NCBI GenBank assembly: GCA_030141605.1
Contig: JAQGDQ010001069.1
Span: 1,535 to 65,534, forward strand
DNA from: Tubiluchus corallicola
Lineage: Eukaryota; Animalia; Priapulida
DNA: 64,000 nucleotides
Direction: 5' to 3'
The position numbers and the translations under genes were made by a program. The notes under the pieces are model-generated. The model was not told the origin of the DNA, searched no databases, and was given only the letters and a program-made list of their open reading frames with translations. Positions 48,839 through 60,981 of this stretch are shown in pieces (positions within the stretch are counted from its first letter, which is position 1; every line of letters starts with the position of its first letter).

Positions 48839-49726
48839 CACACAGATACATTAACATAATTATGGGGTGCACCATATTCCAACTAGATGTTACAACAATA
48901 GGCAAAAAGCTGTATATATTTGCCTTGTACATAGAGGTTAGGTCCAAATCTAAAGGGAAAGCTTTCACTAATCTAAGTGAGACTGAATGAATGTGAAGCA
49001 ATAAAAAGAAGTTTACCAAACCAAGAGAAAGGTTTTCAAGAAGGCAGTGGCTAGAGGTACAGATCCGTACTCATCTTTTCTGCAATACCGAATACGGATC
49101 CATATTCGTAGCTATTTTTGCAACAACAGATGCATTATCGAATTACGATAGTTAGTAGAAACTGTTTAAAGACAGTGAACGGTTAGAATAACATACAGCC
49201 CCTGGACTTGCTTGTGTTTTTCTGTACTGTGGGTACTGTACTGAATTAATGATTGTGTTCTACTCTGTGAATTTTGAAGTATACTAGCTAATGTATTAGC
49301 TGTGTTTTTGTCTTTGTTTGTTTTTCAATTGCCTGAAGATGGTTTACAATAGTAAACCGAATTGTAAATCTTTTACAAAAATTTTTTTAGTTTTTGAATT
49401 AACAGTGATATCTTGTTTTTAGCACATTATAGCGCTTAACTTTGAGGGTTAACAGATGAAGATGACTCACTGGATCTGCTCCAGTCTACTACAGCTGCTG
49501 ATGACACTGTTCAAGGTAAGGTTCTTTTGTGCTACCTAATGCTGTACCTCAATGTACAGATGGCTCAGTTGGAGATTCGTTTGTGCCACTTATTGTAATG
49601 GTAAGTTATTGCTTGCTTAAAGTAAAGAACAACAATCAAAAATGAAAACTTTTTACTAATTTCAGAGAGCTAGTTTGATATAGTTTTTCATACATTTTTA
49701 TAACTGATATGTTTGACAAATGTTAC

Positions 49727-50113
49727 TCACTAACCTTGGTGAAATTCCCCTGTCAATAAGGCCCCTATTTGAAAATATATATAATAATCATAATTACTGA
49801 TTAATTGTATTGTTTTGTTTAGATTTAGGTGTCATCTAACTTTATTATTTTTTGTTTTCACTTATACTGTTTTCATTTATACTTTGTTTTCATTTATACT
49901 GTTTCTTATTATTATTTTTTTCCTATTTGATTTTGTTATCCGCAGTCTCACCATTTATTTTTAATATACTAATTTAATTATAAGACAGGGCAGGAGACTA
50001 GATGACCCTATAGTCCTTCCCTGCCCTGCTCCACGACTATAATTAAGTAATATTTAAAAAACTTGTCATGTCAAACAAATTGGAGAAAATAAATGTTCTA
50101 TGTCTATGTCTAT
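49727..50113 (+). mobile_element. LINE/SINE 3' end inserted in the Mutator-like element
   Basis: Splits the repeat-unit sequence GACAAATGTTA|TTTTxCATTGCAG; has a stem-loop CAGGGCAGG...CCTGCCCTG (49986-50027), AATAAA and a (TATGTC)n tail. Confidence 0.65.
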
Positions 50114-50130
50114 GTTATTTTACATTGCAG

Positions 50131-51084
50131 GATCCTGTGCCACAGTCTACTACTACAGCTACAGATGACCCTGTTCAAGGTTCTTTTGTGCTACCTAATG
50201 ATGCTGTACCTCAATGTACAGATGGCTCTGTTAGAGATTTGTTTGTGCCACTTGTTGTAATGGTGAGCTATTGCTTGCCTAAAGTAAAGAACAACAATCA
50301 AAAATGAAAACTTTTCATTAATTTTAGAGGGCCAGTTTAATATAGTTTTCCACGCATTTTTATAACAGATATGTTTGACAAATGTTATTTTGCATTGCAG
50401 GATACTGTACCACAATCTACTACTACAGCTACTGATGACCCTGTTCAAGGTTCTTTTGTGCTACCTAATGATGCTGTACCTCCATGTACTGATGGCTCTG
50501 CTGGAGAATCTGTTAAAAATTCTGTAGAATCTGAATTACTCTCACTGCATGCCCCTTTAAAGCACATTACAATGCCTCACAACATTAAAAGGAGAAGTCG
50601 ACCTAAGGGATTTGAACTCACGACCGCTGAGTTACCAAGAAAACATGTGAAACCAACTCAGGTTGCATGCAAAAAAGCTTTTAGGCTCTTGCACACAAGT
50701 GTCAAAGAGAAAATTATCCTGAATTGGTTACAAAAAGCTCCACGTGTTGATGAAGTACTAAATGGGTGCAGGAAGGTAACTGTTACTGACTTGGAATCGT
50801 GTGTTGAAGGAACGCCTCAGCAAATTCTAGATGAAAATGTTGACATCTTCATGGTTAGAAGATACTTTGCTATAGCAGGCTGGAAGAAAGTAATTCAAAT
50901 GATAATAAAGAAAAAAGAAATGCATCAATATGTTTGTGACTGTTGTAGTAAAGATCTAGAATTGGACGATTCTATTGCTTGCAATCACTGCCTATCATGG
51001 TATCACCTGAAATGTGTTTTTCTAAGCAAGCTACCAAAAAGAAAACTTGGTTTTGTAATCTTTGCCTGCCATTTTCATGAGTGA
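50131..51084 (+). pseudogene. Transposon-borne PHD-finger protein 3' exons, frameshifted
   Basis: Exon-like 50131-50262 and 50401-51084. KRRSRPKG basic motif and CDCC..IACNHCLSWYHLKC; the final WFCNLC lies in another frame (51048-51080). Confidence 0.7.
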
Positions 51085-54000
51085 AGGCCTACACATTGAA
51101 CTTCAAAAAGTACATGCCCACTGCATGAAAATGGTGATATGGCATTATCCACAGCCTTGTAGCCGTACTGTTTTCCTTTGGTACCATTTTTCTTAGTTAT
51201 ATAATAGTTATTATATAATAATAGTTATAATAGATATAATAGTTACACTGTAAATATTAGTTAGTGTTCTTTTATTGTCTTGCAGATTGTAAGCTTCGAT
51301 ATACTGCTGTGAGTTGTATAATCTACCAATTAATAGTTTGTTTAATTTATTTTGTTTATAGTTACAAAAAACCTAAGTATTTTGATTAGCAAGAGTTAAA
51401 AGCTTAGAGTGTTGTGAATTTCTTAGAGTGCTGTAATATGATGAGGTACTAGCCCGTATTTTTTCTATACAGTGTTGTGAATGTGATAACCTACTAAACT
51501 GTATTTTTCCTTAATTGTGATGTAATTTATTGACTTGTCAAATGTAGCAAAATTTTTTAGTCTTTATGTGATATACAGTATGTCCAATTCATAAGAGCTC
51601 CTAAACTATTACATGCACCTGTTGCCAAATAATTTAGGCTGTAAATATTATAATGTGCCAATATTACTTGCTTGATTTATTATTTTGTTTGCCATTGTAA
51701 ACATTTTAAAGCTTCTTTATGTGAACCAGGTCCCATAGTAGTTTGTTATTTTATTATTTTGTTTATCAAATTATTTTTATGTTATGTAAATGCAAATAGC
51801 AGTAAATGATATAATCGTGTATCGGTCACATTCATTATTAGTCAAATCATTCAAGGTGCTAACTATAGTAATAATTACATTATATGAGCATGTGATAAAT
51901 CAATCAAGTCATTATGCATATGATAACGTAACGTTACTCTTTATTGTTTAGTCTACATCTTGTAATTGCTATGTTCAGTTTATTGGGACTTCAAAGAAAT
52001 TTCAAAGTTGTAAAAATAAAGTTATTGTCACCAGTTTAATTCCTTGTGCTACTTTTCATTGTTGGTCTTAATTAGTGCTAAGATGAATTCAAGTTGATTT
52101 TGATACCTATATCCTGCACTACAACAGTGGTAAAAAGTTCATTTACAATATATAAGGGAGTTGCATGGGTAAAAAATACATGATTCTCTTTCCTGTTCAT
52201 GCATAGTACAGAGTTTGGTCCTTGCTTTTTCTTGAATAATCTATCTTTTTGCTACTTTCAATTACACAATATCTTTTGTCATCATCTCTCTCAGTTTTAT
52301 TTTCTAAAGATGTATGAATGACGATGTACTATTATAAATTGCATTTCTTTACATCAGTACATGTAATAATTTTATAACCTGGATGTTGAAACAAATACTA
52401 TAATTACAATAAAATAATGAAAGCCTAATCCTATTACGTTCCTAATGTTATGTTCCAGAGGAGTTTTTTAGGGGTTCACTGCTCTGTCTGGCATAGCAAT
52501 TTCTATATTCTGCATGTCTGTTTTCAAAAATGGGATGAGTTGCTTTTAAAAAGTTCTTTGTGGTGTTTCATTTGATATAACTATACAAGTTTGAAATATT
52601 TGCATTATGATAGCAATCATTAATTTAGTTTTGAAAATCATATTGTTATAATTTGTGGGTATATTTGCTTAGCTGTGTCAAGCTGAATCAAGCTTGGTAT
52701 GAAAATCCGTATTTTTCATCAATATCTTTCACGGTACAGGGATCCGCATTTTTTCGTTCAATAGCTTTCGCGGTACGGCGATCCCCATTCTCGTCAATAT
52801 CTTTCGCGGTACGGATCGATCCGTATTTTCTACTGAATGCTTTCGAGACACGGATCCGTATTTTTAGTTGCTGCAGTTCCGGATCTGGATCCGTACCTCT
52901 ACTCTAGTCACTGCCTTTCAAGAAATGATTAAATCACAGACTCTGCAAACTCTTAAGGAGATTGTTAGAAAGGGTGGAAATGGCGATGGATATGAGAAAA
53001 GAAGATAATACTACGAAAAGAAAACTAAAGGAAATAGGAGGATAGTGCTGGTAAAAAAAAGTTATTTGTGTCTCGTACATGGATAGAGTCTAAGTGCCTA
53101 TCTGGATCAGATAGCATGGACACCGTGCAAACAATGAAATAACAACAACGAGATTGTTTTTGTTATCTAGTCAGGCAAACAAGTTTTTATAGTATTTTTG
53201 TAACATATTGGAAAATAACAATGAAAATGTAGGCTCGAAAAACTCACCAATGTTACCTAAAACATGAACGCTGACATCTTCGTTCACAGCTTTTCGTCAT
53301 CAGTTTTCAAAGCAGCGCAACGCACCGGCAAATATTGAAATAATATTGCCCACTCACAACACGAAAGACTATTTATTGTAATATCAACAATAATTATGAC
53401 GCTCTTGTACAGTGCACACTGTACAAACAAATTGCACAGATCATAGAATTCACATTGCCAAGTGGTGGTATGTGTACAGTTTGGCAGCAAGTATAGTGAT
53501 ATGCAAAAATTGCATTTCTGCTAAAATTAGTGTTTTTTATATTAATAATTATACGATGTTTACTATGCACATAAACAGGCGTGTACGATAAGGTACACTC
53601 TTATGGCCTTTCCTTATTAGTTTAAATGATACATTATACCTAACATTTTACAATATTCTGACATAATGTGATAATTATGTACTTCACACTGCTCGTAAAA
53701 TTATTAACACAGCACTTCTCGTATTACAAACACAAAAGCAGCCTTAAATATAAATTAAAGCTGAAAGCAAGATAGTATTTGCTGCGCATGTCAAGAGATG
53801 GTATCTATCAGCTTTTGAGGTACAAAGCTGACATAATTATACTGGTTTGTTTTGGGTCGAAGTACTTGTTGGAACAGATTTTATGGTGGAACCCATGAAT
53901 TGCATGTCTTGTCATGACATGTTGGTACTGTCTCTTGGGTTCCTTCCATTCATTTTGAGTCATTGCCAGTGTATTTTGCTTTATACTGCCCTTACATAAA

Positions 54001-54104
54001 TAATGAATGTACGCTGGCAGAATTAGGTTTGTTGAAAATAACTTTTTTCCATTACATTAACTATATATACAGCATGGCATAGCATCAAAAGAAAACTGGA
54101 TCCA

Positions 54105-54656
54105 ATTATAAACTATTGCTCAAAACACTCTGCCCTATAAATGTTGAAAGGAAACGTACTGTTTTAAAGAATGACTTACGTGAAAAAATTACTACCTTAG
54201 AAACCTAATTTTGGCTATTCTTTCATTGTTACATATCGCCATTCATTAGTTTATGGTAGAGCCTGTGATGTTGGAAATGCGTTGCACGAAAAACAGGCGC
54301 TGTACCTCCGATTTTAGGTTTATTTCAATTGTGACATTGTGCACACATTCGAACATGAGCTGAGTAGTTGAAATTTATATTTTTAAACTTATAATTTGCT
54401 GAGCTTTGTAATACACTTTCTGTTGTACAACAGCACTGTACTTCAATTTTCTCTTCCAAAACATGTGCAATAAGCTCTTGGAAAATTGTTCAGTTGTGAT
54501 GTCATCACTAGCCCGGCTGTACCGCCATTGATTTAAATTTTTAACCTATTATTTTATTAACAGAAAGACATTTGCATTATTATAGGTGTTAAATTGTATA
54601 CTTTTAGCGTGCTTCAAATGGAGTAAGATATGAAAAATCATCATGTTTTCCTTTAA
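54105..54656 (-). mobile_element. TTAA-flanked MITE (Kolobok-like), copy B
   Basis: Reverse complement aligns end to end with 46204-46810 (GATGATTTTTCATA, AAAAGTATACA, TGACATCACA, GAGGTACAGC, TTTCCTTTCAA). Confidence 0.7.
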
Positions 54657-55495
54657 ATTCCTACTCTAAGATCTCGACATGTGAGTCTTTCCAATATGGC
54701 AATAATCCATGTCTCTTGCCACCCTTAATATTTTCGTTTGGTCATTTAGTTAATTTGCACTAATCTTTTATCGATTTTGATTACAATAAAAGGTACGCTT
54801 TGGAGGAAAAACCAGGCTCCCGCCTTCCACTGGCTTCCAGTGCTAGCTAGGCTACACTGTAAAGTTATACTAGAAAGGTGATAATAAGCAAGTCGTGACG
54901 GATGCGCAAAATCGCTCAACGAGTTGTTAAGCACCAATAAAGGATTTGCGTTGTTTAATAAAACGAAGTATGTGAAAATTTGGTAGTAATTTTTCGATTT
55001 GTTAAACTTAATAAAAGTTACGTAAATGAATTGACGCCAAAGTTTAAAATTTAAGGGTCGGAAACTTGATGCCGCATTGTAAGGTGTGACTGCACCCGAT
55101 GTGAAATTGATGAAACTTACAGTAACTATCATAATTTTTTTTAGTTTTTTTGTTACTGTTTCTGTACTTGTTAGTTACTATTTGGCTACTTCTTACCGTT
55201 TCAGCTTTTCAAAGTCTAACTAAAAATACAAGTGTAATCACTACGGTCTGCCATCATTTGCTCAATTTAATGAATATGTGATTAAAATTATTTTTTACAC
55301 TAAGAATGTCATATTAAAATATTATTTTTCACTAACTTATTTAATCTGGTAGTGGTATAGACGTGAGGTTGTGATTATGTAACCTTAGTAAACCAGTACG
55401 CAGAATTAGTTATGTCTTTCATTTGTTTTACTTACAGAATAAAGAATTAAAAGGGAATCAATTCTTAATATTAGTAACATATAAATGGAAATGTC

Positions 55496-58241
55496 ATGTT
55501 CATAACCCGCGAAAAGAGTCTTGTCATCGATCTTGTCAATGGAGATGAAGAAATAACAGAACAAGATGAAGATGTGATAATAGGTAAAAGTTTCTATTCA
55601 GATGTTTAAGCTTAGAAGTTGTTGTTACCTTAGTTGGACTGTATGGCAGAAATATGGTATACAGGCTAATAGTTCATGTGTTGACTCTTTCTTACTGGGT
55701 ATATGCATTTACCAATCAATTTTTTAAAAAAAAACTGTGATTTATTAATCAACAAGATTTCAAAAAGACTCTGGCCAATTTTTGTGCTGTATTAAAAGTT
55801 TTGAGTTCCAAATAAAAAATTTAAAATTTGTTTAAAGGCGTTTATGTACATTAAGTAAACAGTTATCACTATTATAGTATCCGGCACGAGCGGCTTGCAG
55901 TGATGCGTCTAGGTGCAACACTCCACATGTAGATGTACTGTAAGACTGCCTTGCTTGGCAGAATGGCTTGGATTCAGGTTGTGTAATTAAGCACTATTTC
56001 AGCAAGATAGATATTTCAGCAAACTAGCAAATTGAGTTTTTTTTATTCTAACTCAAAGAAAACTACAAAGAGTAAATGAAATGTTTCTTGGGAATCTGCT
56101 TTCTTGTCCTCTGTGGTTTTCAATCAGCAATGATTATGAACTTAGAACTGGTGGAGATAATTCATGAGTGCAGCCAACTTAGGAGTGAGAGGTATTTATA
56201 AATGATTGCAGTGAGAGGTATTTGGAGTGTATTTTGGTTTGCATTTAATTTTTAGTTATCTATAGAAGTTTACAGACATTTTGTCTGTAATTTAGCATCA
56301 ACTACACTAGAATTGTCACTTAAAGCAAAACAGGACATACTTTTTAACGCATGTAATAATACCAAAGCATTTCTGAACTGAGAGCTACAGCAGCTGTTTT
56401 TTCATGCATCACATTTCTGAAATGCAGGCGCTAGTGCCCATCTAACTAACGAATAGTAAAGTGCATGTAACTTCGAAGAAATAGCCGCGGAAACGCGAAA
56501 TTACTTTTGTGTGGTAATAATTCATTCAAGTAATTCATTCTTTAAAAAATAGTGTGTTCCCTTTCAATATTTTGAAGAGTAGATTGTTTTGACTATAATA
56601 TGATTTATTTGTGCGCATATTAATATTACATTTTTCTTTACAGAGGAAAGTGCTGAGAGACACAAACCACTCAATGACACAGTTATTGCACACCAAACCA
56701 ACGGCAAGTTGACTAAAACACTCTCCTGCCTTACATGCAAGAGAGTATTTAAAACAAAACGTGGTCTTCATCAACATGAAACAGTTTGCAAGTCTGCTGA
56801 AGCAAAGGCAGTCACTTGCCATATATGCAAGCTGCTGTTTGCTAGTGAACCTTTGCTTGCAATTCACATGACTAAGCACGTTGGTGGACAGGATCATATG
56901 TGCACATTTTGTGATAAGTATTTCGATTCTATAGCTAAACTGAAGTCGCATGTATTGGTACAGCATGGCAATCAATATAAACATAGCTGTCTTGTTAACA
57001 GTTCTGTTCAGAATAATGCTAAAACCAACCTCAAAGGTTTCTGCGGAATCGTGTCAAAGTCACATGAAGAGTTTGCCAAGCATCCTGAAACACATTCCCA
57101 CCAGCATTCATTTCGATGCCAGCAATGTAGACAGTTTTTCTCCTCTGTCAAGGAACGTCGGATTCACAAGCTCCGTCATCACCAAAAAAAGAATTCCACT
57201 GTTGTCTGTCCTGTTTGTGATAAACGGTTTGCATTGCAGTCAATGATGAAAATACATATTGTGTCTCACCTGGGTTTCAAGCCATACATGTGTTGGATAT
57301 GCGGGCGCCGCTACTGTCAAGCATACATTCTGAAATATCACTTCCGACGTCGGCACAACCATGTTAATATTGCAACATGTTCCAGTTGTCATGTTCCATA
57401 CCAAGATAGTGGAACTCATAAGTGTAAAGATTATGCAGAGGAAATGCTGAAAGCTTTGAGGAGAGGCACTCCCTTGACTGAGCTTAAAAATACAATTCTG
57501 TTTCATAGTGATAAAGAAGAGTCTGATGAGGTGACATGCATAAATGACACACCTTTTATCTATGTAAGTGATAGCGAGACAATCAGTCAGGTAAATACTC
57601 CAACTACCTCATCAACAGCCACTGTAGAAAAGCAATATATTCAAGAAATTCCACATGAACAAGCAAAAGAGAATCTTCTAGTGATTCAAGATGCAGTTGA
57701 GGAAAAAGATTGCATTGTAGAAGATGATGATGTTGGTGTTACCGAAACAGAAATTAATGATGTACAGGAGGTTACATTCACAAGCTTAGAAAAGAAAGCT
57801 GAAAAACAGACATGTTCCAGTACTGCTATTGAAGATGTTGTCAGTATTGTCATAGAAAATTCTGACAACTATGTAGAAGCTCATGACCCTGAGGTATGTC
57901 ACCAGAAAGTAGCTGTTAATGATGTTTGTTCTTTAGCTGAGAACCAAAGGAAGCTATCTTACCAAGATGCTGGAACAGGTACAGGTGTAAAACCACCAAC
58001 TGTTCTTCATTCGGGTTTACCTACAATGTTTAAGTGTGATGCCTGTTCAATAGACTTTAATGATAGCATCCTTCATGCTATGCATCTGTCTTTGCATGGA
58101 GGTGATGCTCAGTTTCAGTGTTCTGTTTGCAAAGAAATTCTAGATGACAAGTACACTTTCTCAGCACACTTGTTTGCTAAACTTCAAAGGCATACCATTG
58201 AGATGAGTCCAGTGTCCCAAATACCAAGTGCCTTTAAATGA
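55496..58241 (+). CDS. C2H2 zinc-finger protein with a C-terminal Ikaros/Hunchback-type finger pair, 2 coding exons, 561 aa
   Basis: join(55496-55583, 56644-58241), phase 1 intron. Six intact N-terminal fingers (first is C2HC) plus two degenerate ones, an acidic linker, then FKCDACSIDFNDSILHAMHLSLH-GGDAQFQCSVCKEILDDKYTFSAHLFAKLQRH. Exon 1 is supported by splice signals and phase only. Confidence 0.9.
56320..56600 (+). mobile_element. Internally deleted copy C of the Kolobok-like MITE, in the zinc-finger gene intron
   Basis: AATGCAGGCGCTAGTGCCCATCTAACTA...GAGTAGATTGTTTTGAC matches 46627-46800. Confidence 0.7.
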
Positions 58242-60981
58242 CAGATTTTATTAACTTTTGCGGCAATTAATTAATACTCGGTTGTCACGGGTTCATTAAT
58301 TAGCTAATATATACGCTATGTTCACTAGATGCTTTAGATACATGCATTATGGTAAATACTTGTAATGGGTGACATAATAATATGATTTAAGACCATCTAT
58401 ACCAAGATTACATATAGTCTAACAATGCACTGTTAATTGTTACACTATCTACTGGTTAAAGGTAAAACCTTGTGATGGAAATCTCTAATTTCAAAAGTGG
58501 CTGTAAATTCTGAAAAACACGTAATGTTTTGTAGCAGCTTTAGTTTGATGGTAAGAGAGTAATAATCTTGCAGTAAAGATGCATTTTAATGGTGTCATAT
58601 GGAGGTAGTAATAAAATGTAAGGTATAGTTGGTCCTATTGTCAAAAAAGCTGTCTCACGAATAATGGCTTGAGTACACAAGACTTTGTTTTTTATAAGTG
58701 AAAAAGAAAATTTCATGTTTTTCCTTGTTCATGTTCATTCCTGTGCTGATAAACTGAACTTGTTTTTTTGCGGTGACGTTTGGCTTACTATGTATGTCAT
58801 TACTAAAATATTGTATGCAAATGACCGCACGAATTACTAGTGTAATTTAATAATTATAATTCTAATGACTCTATAATTTATTTATTAGTGTCATCTAATA
58901 TAATGATAAATGTGCTGGCCTTTTTAGGCTCATTTTTTTGGTTTTATATGGAGCTTTCATAAATATTTAGTAACAATTCTAGCACAATGGCTTGCCTGTT
59001 TATGTTGAAACTTATAGTGATACTGTTGTAGATGTGAAGTGAACGATTTTTAGATAATCAGATAATGACGAAATTGTATTCCTCTTTACTTTTGTGCGAT
59101 ACGTTAGTCTCGTTATGCACTGTATGTAATTAATTTATTGTTAAGAAAATTCCAATTATTACTTTGCTTTAGTTTGCTAATGGTATAATGTATTTCTTTT
59201 AATGTGTCCTGAAACGCTGAAGACCTTGACTTATTGTAGGATTTACCGTGTGTTAAAATTTGCTTGTGATGAAATTGTTTATATGTGATTAAAAGCTATG
59301 TAATTAAAGAAGACAAATGTGAATGTTATACAGTTAAAAAAATGCACTAGGTTTCAATAAAGCTTGGTGCCAAACTTATTCGGCAGGCTTTCGATTAGAT
59401 GAAAATTTAATTTATTTTCACTTTAGCTGATTCGTGTGCTACGATTTTTTTCAGGCTAGTCCTTTAATGGTGGCCATGTTTATTTGTAGCTCAAGTTTTA
59501 CTTTTTCTCAAATTAATGAGAATTCTACATACAATTCAAGTCTAGATAATGAAAATTCACTGACCTATCATTAATTATGTGAATGATACAAATTTCGTAA
59601 AGAGTTTTTTTGGTGAATGTCCTGTATGAAAATTCACTGACCTTGCCGTTTTAGTCATTCTTTGCAACTTTAGAAGTCAGGTTTTGTGTTAAGATTTTTA
59701 TGTTAAATATTAGGCCTCTGGATCTATCCAGAAGTCACTGTCTCGAAATATCACATTTTCTTGTTTATACTCATGTTGTCAGTTTTTATATATAGAGTTA
59801 ATCGTAGGAAAATATAGTCACCAGCCAATGAGTTTGTAATTGTTTTCTTAATTAGAAAACTCGATTTGGTTACGATTATAACAAATGCTGCTTTACAATA
59901 ATTGTCAATGCCATCCATTAATATGTTACAACTAGAGGGAGTAACTTGGCTATATGTGAGCCTATGATTTATTTTCAGTTTTTGCGTGACGTGTAATAAG
60001 TATATACTATAGATACACACACTGTAATTGAAAGTTTATACTAGCTGAGAATAGGTAATTAGATTTCTGGATCTCTAGCTATTTACAAACACATTTTCAA
60101 TGTAATTTTTACCGCTTTGGAAAAACGTCAATGTTTGCTTATTTTTGCTGTGTCTATTTTTTCAAGTGTTTCGATATTAAATAATAGATTAAATTAGATT
60201 AGACTAATAAGTTATTTTGTGTGAAGTTGATAGATGATCATTAACTTGTTAATAGCTACATAATTATTAATTTGTTACCATACATTTTCTTATACAACTT
60301 GTAACACATGTTTCATGATGAGTAACTGAGCTGATTTCACTACAGCTCCACTATAGATCTCAATTTCTTTTAAATAAAACTTTTATACATGTATTTTCAA
60401 ACTTGTTAAAGTAATAAACTATACATAAATTAACACATTCATGTATTTGTAGTATAATTTGTTATCTTAGCAGTTTTAATAGAATAACACAAAATATTTT
60501 TCACACAAATCGGATAGATTTTAAACAAACTCACTTCTTCAGATTTTAATGTAAACTCATTGTACAGCAGTAAATTATGGTGGTGGCCTGTGTGAAACTG
60601 CCTGTGTAACGCTTAATTAAAATCATGAGACTGTAACCAAATTTTTCACATATTTGCTGAGCTACGCTAGTTCGAAACATCAAGAGAAATTTCTAAATTA
60701 TGAATCATGAGTCAATAACCAAATTTTCTCAGAAAAGAGTACAAAATATGTCTACATGGGTTTTGCTGTGTTAGGCTAGTTTAAAAGATCACGCGGTGTT
60801 TTTAAATTGTGAATATCTTTGTAAAAATTGGGGCCTAGCGCCGTTATCTATAGTATGGTTTAAATGCACAGTACTGACACAACCAAAGTCATATCACATG
60901 CAGGCGCTTGATTGTGTAACGTCACTGGGACCCAGAATGAGCTCAGTTGTTTATCCTAGTAAGCCAAATGAAAATGTTCGT

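Larger units (their letters stand above)
49043..52915 (+). mobile_element. Mutator-like (MULE/MuDR) element, 3873 bp, non-autonomous
   Basis: Perfect 9-bp TSD TTTCAAGAA at 49034-49042 and 52916-52924; TIRs GGCAGTGGCTAGAG / CTCTAGTCACTGCC; subterminal tandem GATCCGTA repeats at 52700-52900; carries a PHD-finger ORF; no DDE core seen. Confidence 0.85.

Noticed and set aside
48840-53150. RTE-like LINE relic interrupted by the Mutator element
   Set aside because: Flanks are purine-rich and suggestive, but no diagnostic motif could be read with confidence.
46204-54656. Composite transposon bounded by inverted MITE copies A and B
   Set aside because: Copy A sits inside a LINE that continues on both sides, so it inserted independently; the copies are well diverged.
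56535-57868. Antisense and alternate-frame ORFs over the zinc-finger gene
   Set aside because: Shadows of the real CDS with no recognisable domains.
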